Positions 29,289 through 38,986 are shown, counted from the stretch's first letter. The stretch is 64,000 nucleotides of DNA from a candidate division FCPU426 bacterium (GCA_030621225.1 JAUXIB010000001.1:1253-65252); one strand, 5' to 3'. Program-made: numbers and translations. The notes: a model not told the origin generated them from the sequence alone.

Positions 29289-31376
29289 ATGACTCGAAAA
29301 CTTGACATATTTCGCGCTCCCCTTAGTATATTCTTTCTAGGGATTTTCTTCTTGATCCCATCGGCGATCGGTATACCACCCGAGCTTTACAACGGCGATG
29401 ATACTCTTACTGATGATGATTGGCCGATGTATATGGGCAACATCCACCACACCGGCGCGCCATTGGTTGATGATCCCTGTTTTTGTGAGTTGCAGTGGTG
29501 TGACATTATAGAACACATGGGTGAGATGTGGTCCGAGCCGATTGCGGTAGATGGACGGATCTATGTTGCGACTGCGAGCGGGGAACTGGTGGCCGCAGAC
29601 CTGGATACCTTGCAGGTGCTTTGGCGGAGGTCTACTGTTTATCAGGTTTTTTCCTCTCCGGTTTATTACAAGGGAAAGATATATGTTGTGAATAGTCGTA
29701 GTCAGTTAATGGCCTGGGATACTGATGGCAATCCGGAGCCGTGGGTGTATATTCCTGCCACTTCCTATGGGAGTTGGAGTTGTCCGATGGTGGTGGATGA
29801 TGTCATCTATTATGGTGACCCGTGGGGAAAAAGGGTGTATGCCGTAAACTTGGATGGCAGTGAGAAGTGGAGGAACCATTTTAGCGGCGGAATCTCGAAT
29901 GCCCTTGTTTACGATAGGGCGAGAAGCCGTCTCTACGTTGCGACCGGCAATGGCTATGTCTACGGGGTGGATGTGACCGACAACGGGAAGGTCATCTGGG
30001 TGACAAAAACAGACGGGGGGATCCTAGGCCTTTCTTTTTATAATGATGCTATCCTGGCTTTCAGTGGATTAACTGTTTACTCCTTAGACGCCGCGAATAA
30101 CGGTGCCATAAATGATTCCTATTTTTTAGACAGCGTAATGGGAGCGCCCGGGGCGGTGAAGAACGGTATGGTCTATCTCACTCCTAATTGGAGAATTGCA
30201 GGTTTCCCGATCTTTGGCGACGGTACCTTTGGGGTAGGTTGGGCGGTTTGGTCAGACAACAACCACCCCACGCATACTCCGCCACTTGTGGTTTGTTGTA
30301 AGGTTATCACCAACGGTTGTCATGGGTGGGTAGAGATAGTAGAATGCGAGTCTTCGGTTATGTCAGTGGCCGGGCGCACCTCTGATAGCCGGGCATCGTC
30401 AATAGCTTATAAAGGAAAGATATATATGCCCGGCTCTACGGAAATAAATGTATTTTGCCCGGTAGCGTGCACGGCTACTTGTACGGTGAGCCCGACCATT
30501 ACCGTAACGCTGACTGCCAGTCCAACGCCCAGTGTAACGCTGACTGCGACCCCTACACCTACGCCCAGTTCCAGTCTGACGGCCAGTCCTACTCCGAGTA
30601 GTAGTTCGACGCCCAGTGTGACCGCTACTGCCAGTTTCACGCCCAGCATGACCCCCAGCGTTACCCCGACCATTACCTTTACCACGACCCCTACCTGCAG
30701 TCAGACCAGGACGGATACCCCGGTCTGTAGCGATACGCCGACAGCTACTGTTACTCCTACTTACACGGTAACGCCGACCATCACCTGCGAATCCGCGCCG
30801 CCGCAATTGTCGGTGAAGGTGGTCTTTGACCCGGAGCGCTCGGACGACCTGATGCTGATCATGAAGTCTTCCAAGCCGATAGACTGCTCCCAGAGCTATT
30901 TCGAAGCCTACCCGCATTCGTATCCACGGGACAAGCGGGAGTGCCGTGAGGTCACCCAGGTGGACGAGACCACCTGCCAGTGCTACCTGCCGCGCGAGGT
31001 GGGGTTTGGTGACATCGCCAAAGTCTTCGCTTATGCCGTTGATCACTGCGGCAATCAGGGGGTCTCTGACGGGGAGTTCGAGCGGGAGGTGATCCCAGAT
31101 TCAGGCGTGGTAATAACTAACAACAAGATCCGATTGGGAAGCTGCGCCGGGATAATCTACCACCTAGAGGACGCGACGCGGGTGGAGATAAAGATCTACA
31201 ACTTGGCCGGGGAGCTGATAAAGGTGATCCAGGACGGCAACCAGCCGGCGGGACGTTACCAGGAAGAATGGTGCGGGGATAACCAGACGAATGAATTTGT
31301 GGCCAGCGGTATTTATGTCGTATATGTACGCACGGATTTCTACGAGGTGACGGAGAAGATAGTGGTGCTGAAATAG
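29289..31376 (+). CDS. Second secreted PQQ-repeat beta-propeller-CTD protein; paralog of the gene at 26329.
   Basis: Internal ATG at 29289 gives signal peptide MTRKLDIFRAPLSIFFLGIFFLIPSAIG. The last ~190 aa are more than 90% identical to the paralog at the nucleotide level. Confidence 0.7.
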   Translation: MTRKLDIFRAPLSIFFLGIFFLIPSAIGIPPELYNGDDTLTDDDWPMYMGNIHHTGAPLVDDPCFCELQWCDIIEHMGEMWSEPIAVDGRIYVATASGELVAADLDTLQVLWRRSTVYQVFSSPVYYKGKIYVVNSRSQLMAWDTDGNPEPWVYIPATSYGSWSCPMVVDDVIYYGDPWGKRVYAVNLDGSEKWRNHFSGGISNALVYDRARSRLYVATGNGYVYGVDVTDNGKVIWVTKTDGGILGLSFYNDAILAFSGLTVYSLDAANNGAINDSYFLDSVMGAPGAVKNGMVYLTPNWRIAGFPIFGDGTFGVGWAVWSDNNHPTHTPPLVVCCKVITNGCHGWVEIVECESSVMSVAGRTSDSRASSIAYKGKIYMPGSTEINVFCPVACTATCTVSPTITVTLTASPTPSVTLTATPTPTPSSSLTASPTPSSSSTPSVTATASFTPSMTPSVTPTITFTTTPTCSQTRTDTPVCSDTPTATVTPTYTVTPTITCESAPPQLSVKVVFDPERSDDLMLIMKSSKPIDCSQSYFEAYPHSYPRDKRECREVTQVDETTCQCYLPREVGFGDIAKVFAYAVDHCGNQGVSDGEFEREVIPDSGVVITNNKIRLGSCAGIIYHLEDATRVEIKIYNLAGELIKVIQDGNQPAGRYQEEWCGDNQTNEFVASGIYVVYVRTDFYEVTEKIVVLK

Positions 31377-31640
31377 CTCGAAGGAATTCTGAATTCTGAG
31401 TTATGAATTATGAAAACGGTGGTCAGTGGTCAGTGGTCGGTGGATGGTGGTCAGTGAGCAGCTTGCCCAGAGCGTACTAACGCGAATGGTACAGGGATAC
31501 TAGATACGAGATACTAGCATCAAGTCTCGAGTTCTGGAAAAGAGTAACCAAGAGGTAAAAAACATCACAGTAGGGGCGTCCCTCTGCGGGCGCCCCTCGC
31601 CCAAAGGGCGAGTAGAGCCAAAAACCAAAGCGTCTCGATA

Positions 31641-31666
31641 AAAGCCGACATTATTGTCGGTTTTTT
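31641..31666 (+). terminator. Rho-independent terminator.
   Basis: CCGACA-TTAT-TGTCGG stem followed by T6. Confidence 0.55.
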
Positions 31667-31728
31667 CTGTTATTAATGGTTTAGTTTGATAAAATTAAGG
31701 CGATGTTGTTAGTGAGGGGGAGAATACT

Positions 31729-34104
31729 TTGCGTTATTTTCTGATCACTCTTTTGTTTGCTTCCTTGCTAATCGCACGCCTGGGTGCGATCGGCGGCAGT
31801 GGAGCCAACTTTCTGCGTCTGGAGCAGGGGGCCAGGCCTTTAGGTATGGGCGGCGCCTTTGTCGGTCTGGCCGACGATGCTGACGCTGTATACTGGAATC
31901 CGGCCGGTCTTTCCCGTCTGCGCTATCCCCAACTTACGTTCACCCATTATCAGGGCATTGCCGACCTGACGAGCGAATTTTTCAGCCTGGCTATCCCCAC
32001 TGAGAAGTGGGGCGGGTTCGGTTTAAATATCCTCTATAGCAGCGTAGAAGACCTAAAGCATTATAATAGCTTTGGCGTGGAAGTGGGTGAAATAGAAAAT
32101 TATGACCTGGCCCTGGAGACTTCCTGGGGCGACCGCTTTCACCCTCTCTTTAGTGCCGGGGCGGGCATGAAGTATTACTTTAGCCGCCTGGAAGAAGTAC
32201 ATGCTTGGGGCTATGCCATGGATTTTGGCCTGATCCATTACTTGCCCTGGTCCGGGGCTACTTTTGGTATGGCCTTGCGCAACCTCGGCCCGGGGATATG
32301 TTACCTGGCGGCCGCCGATCCGCTGCCCTTGAATCTTAAGTTGGGTCCTGCGGTCAAACGTCACCTGAGAGGGAGACACTGGTTGACGCTCTCCATGGAA
32401 ATGGATCGCATCCTGCTCTCGGGGGAAAACAGCTATATTCAAGCCGGGTTTGAATATGCCTACGGACGTATTTGTTTTCTGCGTGGCGGCTATCGTTTTG
32501 GCAGGGATAACGATTATTATTCTCTGGGCATGGGCTGTGGTCTCAAACCTGTATGGGTGGATTACGTTTATATTCCTTACGGGCCGATCGGTATGACCCA
32601 CCGTGTCTCACTGACCCTGGGCTGGCCGAAAGGGAAAAAGGAACTGCCGCGTATCTTTCGCAAGCGGACTGCCCGTCCGGTGGCCTATTTGACCGGGGAA
32701 GAGCGGATGGTATTGCCGCGGCAGTCCATTCAACTAAAGGCGGAAGTCATCAGTCTTGCTGAGGTTATAGATTGGCAGTTGAGCTTGGAGGACTGGCGGG
32801 GGAAAGTGGTGCGCGAATTTACGGGGCAGGGCGTCCCGCCCGCGGCGATCCTCTGGTATGGTAAGAATATAAACGGTCAATTGGTCGTCTCCGGTCGTTA
32901 TACCGGCAAGTTTTCCGTGCGGGACAGGAACGGCAGAAGGGGGACGGCACAACGGGATTATCATTTGTTGGAGGTAGAAGAGGTGGTAATGCGCTTGCCG
33001 GCCGCTGTGCTCTTTGATTCAGGGCACATTGAGCTTCGGGCGGCGGGAAAGGCGAGGCTGCGGGAGATTTATCAGGAGATAACGGGCAAATATCCCGGTT
33101 GTCGCCTGCGTGTGGAGGGGCATTCTGATAATGTTCCGCTTCGCCCGGGAGGGCCGGCGCGGGATAACCAGGAGCTTTCCGAGCGGCGTGCCGGCAGTGT
33201 GGGGGAAGTGTTGCGAGAATTCGGATTTCCCGCCGCGCGCTTGGGCATAGTCGGCTTTGGTTCCTTGCGGCCTATTGCGACTAATGACAACGACGCGGAT
33301 AGGGCCAGGAACAGGCGGGTGGAGCTTGTGGTGGAAAAGAGTGCGGCGGTAACCAAGTTGCCGCCGATTATAGGGAGTGATCTGACCCTTGATGGCAAAG
33401 GCAGCCCTTACTTGGTTGACGGGGACGTACTGGTACAGGCGGGAGCTACCCTGACCGTTGAAGCGGGAGTGGTAATTAAATTTGCATCAGGTTCGTACGG
33501 CGAAGCGACGGCTTCCTCTACTGTTTCAAGCGATCTTATCGTTTTGGGCGGTTTGCGTGCTGTGGGCGAGGCGGGAAGGCCGGTCGTTTTTATTGGCAGC
33601 GAGGGAGGGGCGTGGGGGGCGATTTTCTTCGGCCGTGGCGCGGGCGAAGACTGCCTGCTGGAGCATTGCCGTCTGGAGCGGGGGAAGATAGTTTGCAATT
33701 ACGCTTCGCCGGGCATCAGGAGATGTGTTATCAGAGAGGGTGGCGGTATTGAAGTGGGGCATAAGGCGGCGCCGATTATTGAAGGCAATCTGTTGGAGAA
33801 AAACAGCAGCGGTATTCTCTGCTGGTTTGACAGCTCGCGCCTTTCTTTGCGCTACAATACTATCAGCGGTAACAAGTATGGTCTGGTCCTGCGCGGCATC
33901 GGCGAGGCGGCCGTAGAAAACAACAACATCTGCGCTAACCAGATAGACCTGGCAAACATGACAACGCAGAATGTCAGGCTAGCCAATAATTGGTGGGGTT
34001 CTACCGATGTGTTTGAGATAAAGCGTAATGTTCACGACGGAGAAGATGACGCGGGCAAGGGGCTGGTCATCGTGGAGCCGGTATTGCAAGAGGCGGTCAG
34101 ATGA
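31729..34104 (+). CDS. Fusion protein: PorV/PorQ-like (FadL-like) outer-membrane beta-barrel, then an OmpA-family peptidoglycan-binding domain, then a right-handed beta-helix.
   Basis: TTG start after a GAGGGGGAG ribosome-binding site. The N-terminus LRLEQGARPLGMGGAFVGLADDADAVYWNPAGLS matches the signature of PorV-family barrels. The central region RLRVEGHSDNVPL...ELSERRAGSV...NRRVELVV is OmpA-like. The C-terminus has NosD-like parallel beta-helix repeats. Confidence 0.55.
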   Translation: MRYFLITLLFASLLIARLGAIGGSGANFLRLEQGARPLGMGGAFVGLADDADAVYWNPAGLSRLRYPQLTFTHYQGIADLTSEFFSLAIPTEKWGGFGLNILYSSVEDLKHYNSFGVEVGEIENYDLALETSWGDRFHPLFSAGAGMKYYFSRLEEVHAWGYAMDFGLIHYLPWSGATFGMALRNLGPGICYLAAADPLPLNLKLGPAVKRHLRGRHWLTLSMEMDRILLSGENSYIQAGFEYAYGRICFLRGGYRFGRDNDYYSLGMGCGLKPVWVDYVYIPYGPIGMTHRVSLTLGWPKGKKELPRIFRKRTARPVAYLTGEERMVLPRQSIQLKAEVISLAEVIDWQLSLEDWRGKVVREFTGQGVPPAAILWYGKNINGQLVVSGRYTGKFSVRDRNGRRGTAQRDYHLLEVEEVVMRLPAAVLFDSGHIELRAAGKARLREIYQEITGKYPGCRLRVEGHSDNVPLRPGGPARDNQELSERRAGSVGEVLREFGFPAARLGIVGFGSLRPIATNDNDADRARNRRVELVVEKSAAVTKLPPIIGSDLTLDGKGSPYLVDGDVLVQAGATLTVEAGVVIKFASGSYGEATASSTVSSDLIVLGGLRAVGEAGRPVVFIGSEGGAWGAIFFGRGAGEDCLLEHCRLERGKIVCNYASPGIRRCVIREGGGIEVGHKAAPIIEGNLLEKNSSGILCWFDSSRLSLRYNTISGNKYGLVLRGIGEAAVENNNICANQIDLANMTTQNVRLANNWWGSTDVFEIKRNVHDGEDDAGKGLVIVEPVLQEAVR

Positions 34105-34163
34105 TATTTTAACTGGCAGTAGTGGCGTCCTTCCACGGGCGCCACCAGCCAAAGGCTGGTCAA

Positions 34164-34949
34164 ATGTCGAAAGCTGGCTATAAGAAAATAGCGATGTTAC
34201 TGGCTGGAGTGGTGATGTTGTGGACTTCGGTCGCTTGTGCAGAGGACTACCTGCGTGCGGCCGGTACTCTGTATAAAAACGGTGAACTGGCTGATGCTGC
34301 CGTTTATCTGGAGGCGGCGTTGAAGAAGCAGCCGAACTGCCAGGATTGCTGGCAGTTACTGGGGTACTGCCATTATAACCTGGGGGAGTTTGCCAAGGCT
34401 TTGCAGGCCTACCGGAAGATGTTGGAGCTTTCTCCGGGGCGGGATGACGTGAGGCGGCTAATCCAAGAAATAGAGCAGGAGATCAAGAGCGCGGAGAAGG
34501 ACAAAAGCAACCGGCGGGAAACAGTGCGGAGAAGACGTAGCGGTTGGGGGGCGATATTGGGTGTGCCCAGCGGTGTGACTTTTGCCAGGAGGTTACAGGA
34601 CATGTACATAGTGACGCTGATGTTGGGGTCACGGTTTGATAACCAGATAGCCTTGAGCGCTGATATGTTCGCGCGCTTTTCGCTGGAGGAGAGTGGCGTC
34701 ACCTATATCAGTTTTGGCCTGGGTTGGTGCACGATGGCCGGCGGCAGCGAGACGGTGGGAATCACTGAAACCGGTAAGATCTTAAAGGTGGCGCGGCAGA
34801 CGCGCGCCGGGCCGAATATTCCCCTGGCCGTGTCGTATTTTTTTGGCGGCACGGAGTTCTTTTTACAGGGGAGCGCTATGATCGAGATTACTCCTGAGTA
34901 TAAATTGGTGCCGGGCGGCGGCCTGGGGGTGCGGTGGTATATTGAATAA
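34164..34949 (+). CDS. TPR-repeat protein with a C-terminal beta-rich segment.
   Basis: Signal or TM helix AMLLAGVVMLWTSVACA and TPR helices (AAVYLEAALKKQPNCQDCWQLLGYCHYNLGEFAKALQAY). Confidence 0.45.
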   Translation: MSKAGYKKIAMLLAGVVMLWTSVACAEDYLRAAGTLYKNGELADAAVYLEAALKKQPNCQDCWQLLGYCHYNLGEFAKALQAYRKMLELSPGRDDVRRLIQEIEQEIKSAEKDKSNRRETVRRRRSGWGAILGVPSGVTFARRLQDMYIVTLMLGSRFDNQIALSADMFARFSLEESGVTYISFGLGWCTMAGGSETVGITETGKILKVARQTRAGPNIPLAVSYFFGGTEFFLQGSAMIEITPEYKLVPGGGLGVRWYIE

Positions 34950-35228
34950 GGCGTAGTTCGTAGCTAGTAGCTCGGAGTTCGTGGCTCGATGCTCGATTCG
35001 TGCCGCGTATAGCGTTATTTTTCATTGTTTTCGTCAAACGTCTAAACGTCCAATGTCACATGCCGCTTAACGTTCGGCGAACTCCCCCTACATCCTGAGC
35101 CCCTTTTTCCCTTTTTACTTTTTAATTTTTAATTCTTTCCTAAGCCTTGCCAATAGTCCTTTTTGGTGGTATACATTAATAAAATATGTTTGTTTAGTAA
35201 TTCTTAATATAAACAGGAGGAAAATACT

Positions 35229-37523
35229 ATGAATCTGAAGAAAATCACACTGGTCGCTTGCCTGGTGATGGCGGTTGTCTTGATGCCGGCATTGGCCCAG
35301 AACATACCGCAAACAATGAACTACCAGGGGCAATTATTAGATCCCGGCACTAAACAGCCCAAACCGGACGGGGCGTATAATTTTGAATTCCGCATATACG
35401 ACTCCATTCCTGCGCAGGTCTGGAGCGAAATCCAGAACGGGGTCCCGGTGAACGGGGGGCTTTTTAATGTAACGCTTGGTGAATTTACGCTGATCAATCT
35501 TTCTTTCAACGATCAATATGAGCTGGAGATATGGGTGGGGGGCGAAAAGTTGAGTCCCCGTATTAAGCTGAACAGCGTTGGCTATGCTTTTCAGGCAGAA
35601 GAGGTGGATGGTTTTAGTGCATCGACTATAGCAGCGGCCGATCGGATCCTGGCCTTGAATTCGAACACCGCTTTTGTCATCACCGCCGTCAATGGCCTCG
35701 GTCCGCTGATCGAAGCGAACAACGACGCCGGCGCAGGTAGTGCCATCCGGGGAACGAACCAATCGGGTACCGGCATTGAGGCGGTTAGCGACGTCAGGGA
35801 TGCCTTTGCTTTGCATGCGCGAAATACCGGAGGAACGGGTAGCGGTGATATGATCGGTGTTTACGGTGAGGGCGGAGTCGGTGTGGCCGGCAGGAGCACG
35901 GAAATGTGGGGCGTTGGCATCGGCGGCAAGGTCGAAGCAGTCGGTAATTCCGGGGTGGCGGTGATCGGTTTAAATATAGGCGGTGGGGACAGAGCTACGG
36001 GAATGACGGGAATCTTGGACAATAAGGACGCGGCGGTTACCGCGTATGGTGTTTTAGGGTCGACCAACACCCTTGAAGGAGCAGGGGTTTTCGGCGTAGC
36101 TGATAACCCTAATACCAAAGGGGTATCGGGCATTAATGTAAAAGGCGCGGGTATATCGGCTTTTGGTATGCCGGCTATTGAGGCTACGTCCACCACACGC
36201 AGTGCCCGTGCGATCATGGCCGCAAATACGGGAGAGCATGGCGCGGGGAGCGTGGTGGCTATTGAGGGTAACGCGGCTACCCCCGGCAATGAAGGTATCG
36301 GTGTGCAGGGCGTGGGGCAGTATGGCATTGTAGGCGCTTCGACGAATACCGTGACTAACGGCATAGGTGTTTACGGCGAGAATACTACTGCCGCTAATAC
36401 CGCCGCCGGCGTCTATGGGTTAAACAGCAACGGCGATAGCACTCCTAGTGTGATAACCGCGGGTGTGAGCGGCAGCAACCAGCAGAACGCCGGTGTGGAC
36501 GCGGTCGGCGTTTATGGTTTTACGCAGAGCCGCGGTGCTGCCGGTGTTATGGGAGAAAATTTAGCTGTGCTGGGCGCGGGTGATCCGGTGGGCGTGCGCG
36601 GCATTGTGCGTGACAGTAAGGGTGTTGGTGTGGAAGGTTTGGTGGATGATGTGACTCCGGGCGGTACGCAGATAGGTGTGCGCGGCTGGAGTAACTCGTC
36701 CGATGGTACGGGAGTGAAGGGCATGGCTGAAAAATATGCGGTTCATGGAATAACCGGCACCGCTGGGGGCTACGGAATCTTTGCTGAAAACACCGCCAAT
36801 GCCGGCGGGCCTGTAGCGTTACGCGCGGAGGCAACGGCGGGGATATCAGGTACGGGCGTACAGGGTGAGTCCTTTGACTTTGGCGTGTACGGCATCGCCC
36901 GGGCTTCCGGGGGCGCGGGAGTGTTCGGGCAGAACACAGATAACGCCGCCGTCGGCAATCAGGTTGGGGTGAGGGGAGATGCGTCCGCTCTCAAGGGTAT
37001 CGGCGTCGTCGGAGAGAACTGGGACATGACCCCGGGCGGCGCCCAGGTGGGAGTGAAGGGCACGGTCAACTCGTCTGATGGCATCGGCGTGCACGGAGAG
37101 AACGTTATCGCCGCCGGCGGCAGCACTGCCATCGGCGTGCTGGGCGAGGCGTTGGACGCGGGAGCGGTCGGCACCTGGGGACGCGGCGGCCTGGGCGGCA
37201 CGGGTGTGACTGCCGAGAATATGGATGCCTCGGGCGCGAGCGAGGCCCTGCGTGTGGTCAACGGTACGGTTGTCGTGTCGTCCCCCATTCTCGGTCGCCG
37301 GCAGTGGACCGCGGGGATGAATGAGGCGGTGGATCTGGGTCCGGGGGTCAACGTCCTCAAACCAGAGAGTATGATAATCGTCACTATTGAGGGCAATTTA
37401 TTGATTAATTTCGGTACCGTGACGACTACATACGGCACGCCTAATAGTTTTATGATACACACTAGTGTTAATCCGGTGCCTGTAAATACTTGGTATTCGT
37501 TTTTGATAATAAATCCATACTAG
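35229..37523 (+). CDS. Secreted glycine-rich repeat protein of about 764 aa.
   Basis: AGGAGG ribosome-binding site and signal peptide. It has dozens of G-[VI]-x-G-type repeats (GVYGENTTAANTAAGVYG, GIGVQGVGQYGIVG...). It has no CTD. Confidence 0.55.
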   Translation: MNLKKITLVACLVMAVVLMPALAQNIPQTMNYQGQLLDPGTKQPKPDGAYNFEFRIYDSIPAQVWSEIQNGVPVNGGLFNVTLGEFTLINLSFNDQYELEIWVGGEKLSPRIKLNSVGYAFQAEEVDGFSASTIAAADRILALNSNTAFVITAVNGLGPLIEANNDAGAGSAIRGTNQSGTGIEAVSDVRDAFALHARNTGGTGSGDMIGVYGEGGVGVAGRSTEMWGVGIGGKVEAVGNSGVAVIGLNIGGGDRATGMTGILDNKDAAVTAYGVLGSTNTLEGAGVFGVADNPNTKGVSGINVKGAGISAFGMPAIEATSTTRSARAIMAANTGEHGAGSVVAIEGNAATPGNEGIGVQGVGQYGIVGASTNTVTNGIGVYGENTTAANTAAGVYGLNSNGDSTPSVITAGVSGSNQQNAGVDAVGVYGFTQSRGAAGVMGENLAVLGAGDPVGVRGIVRDSKGVGVEGLVDDVTPGGTQIGVRGWSNSSDGTGVKGMAEKYAVHGITGTAGGYGIFAENTANAGGPVALRAEATAGISGTGVQGESFDFGVYGIARASGGAGVFGQNTDNAAVGNQVGVRGDASALKGIGVVGENWDMTPGGAQVGVKGTVNSSDGIGVHGENVIAAGGSTAIGVLGEALDAGAVGTWGRGGLGGTGVTAENMDASGASEALRVVNGTVVVSSPILGRRQWTAGMNEAVDLGPGVNVLKPESMIIVTIEGNLLINFGTVTTTYGTPNSFMIHTSVNPVPVNTWYSFLIINPY

Positions 37524-37732
37524 GGTATCGGGCGCGTGCGGACGAGGCGTGGCGGGGAGATAAAGGTAGGGTGCGGACACGAGAAAAGGCGCTTAATGAG
37601 TCAAACGTCTGAATGTCAAAGGTCAAACCCTTCGACTCATTTCATTTGCTTTCGCCTTCGTCAAGGGCTACGGCGGACAAGCAGGGCAGGTTGTTGAACG
37701 GTAAAGGTTAAAGGTTAAGGATTGAACGTCAA

Positions 37733-38986
37733 ATGATGCAGAGGACGCTATACGCTATACGCTATACGCTGTACGCGATCAACAGCGCGTTGTTGATCGC
37801 CGCATTGCTCAATATGCCGCTTTACGCCGCTCCGGTAGCTGTGAGCTCGGCCAACTATGAGATCGACTGGGACGTGGTCGACGCGGGCGGCGCGGCGCGC
37901 AGTTCGGCGACTTACTACGTTAACGACTCGCTGGGTCAGGCGGCAAGCAGCTTTGTCGGCTCAGTCAGCTATGATCACAGCATCGGCTTTCAACGGATGG
38001 CTTCGCCGACGATGACTGCCACACCGACCGCTACCGTAACGCGTACTGTTTCTGTTACCTATACGCCTACTGCTACGCCTACCGCTACCGAGAGTGCTAG
38101 TCATACACCGAGTTACAGCCCCACTTCTACCTCTACCGCTACATCGACCAGCACACCTAGTTGGACGGCTACTGATACTGAAACCAGTACTCCTACTGCC
38201 ACCTTTAGCTGGACGGAGACGGATACGCCTACAGCTACACCGAGCCGGACGGAGACAGCGACTCCCTCGGCCAGCCCCAGCCTGACCATGACGGCCACGC
38301 TGACCCGAACCCGGTCGATTACGCGTACGACCACGGAGACGTATACCCTGAGTTCCAGTCCTACTTCTACGCGGACGGCTACCAGGACGGTTACGCGCAG
38401 CGTTACTCGGACAATGACGCGCACTTCTACCGGGACGGCAAGCAAGACCTATAGTCCTACCCGCACTTGGACGAGCACGGCGACGCCTACTTTCACGCCG
38501 AAACCCACCCGCAGCGTCACCCTTACAGTAACCAGGTCAGCTACACATACGCACAGTGTTACGGTTTCGGCGACGCCAACCTGGACGCCTACGCTCACCC
38601 GGAGCGCGACTTATACGATCAGTTCCACTTACACGTCCAGCTCCACCGTTACGCCTACCTTTACCATAACGCCTACTTTCACACGTACGCCGACTTGGTA
38701 TCTGCCCGCTTTCCTGGACAAGAATCATTTTAATCCTGCCGCGGGCGAGGAATTGCTGATACGCGGTCTTGCCGCGCGGGCTGGGCACTTGACGGTGGAT
38801 GTTTACTCGATAAACGGCGAGCGGATCGGCCGGGTGTTGGAGCGGCAAGTGAAACTGAAAGAACCATATCGTACCAGTTGGAGCGGGCGTAACGCTACCA
38901 AGGATTTTGTGGGCAACGGCGTATACATGGTGTTGATCAAGTGCGGCGATTGGCAGGAGATCAAGAAGGTGATTGTGTTGAAGTGA
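37733..38986 (+). CDS. Secreted protein made almost entirely of a Thr/Ser/Pro/Ala-rich linker plus the CTD.
   Basis: N-terminal hydrophobic segment, about 250 aa of TPTATxT repeats, and the C-terminal NPAAGEELLIRGL...VYSINGERIG...WSGRN...GNGVYMVLIK...KVIVLK. Confidence 0.55.
   Translation: MMQRTLYAIRYTLYAINSALLIAALLNMPLYAAPVAVSSANYEIDWDVVDAGGAARSSATYYVNDSLGQAASSFVGSVSYDHSIGFQRMASPTMTATPTATVTRTVSVTYTPTATPTATESASHTPSYSPTSTSTATSTSTPSWTATDTETSTPTATFSWTETDTPTATPSRTETATPSASPSLTMTATLTRTRSITRTTTETYTLSSSPTSTRTATRTVTRSVTRTMTRTSTGTASKTYSPTRTWTSTATPTFTPKPTRSVTLTVTRSATHTHSVTVSATPTWTPTLTRSATYTISSTYTSSSTVTPTFTITPTFTRTPTWYLPAFLDKNHFNPAAGEELLIRGLAARAGHLTVDVYSINGERIGRVLERQVKLKEPYRTSWSGRNATKDFVGNGVYMVLIKCGDWQEIKKVIVLK

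Noticed and set aside
35337-37462. Multiple minus-strand ORFs across the glycine-rich gene.
   Set aside because: They are Pro/Thr/Ala-rich antisense artefacts of GGN-rich codons. The plus-strand frame has a ribosome-binding site, a signal peptide and consistent repeat structure.
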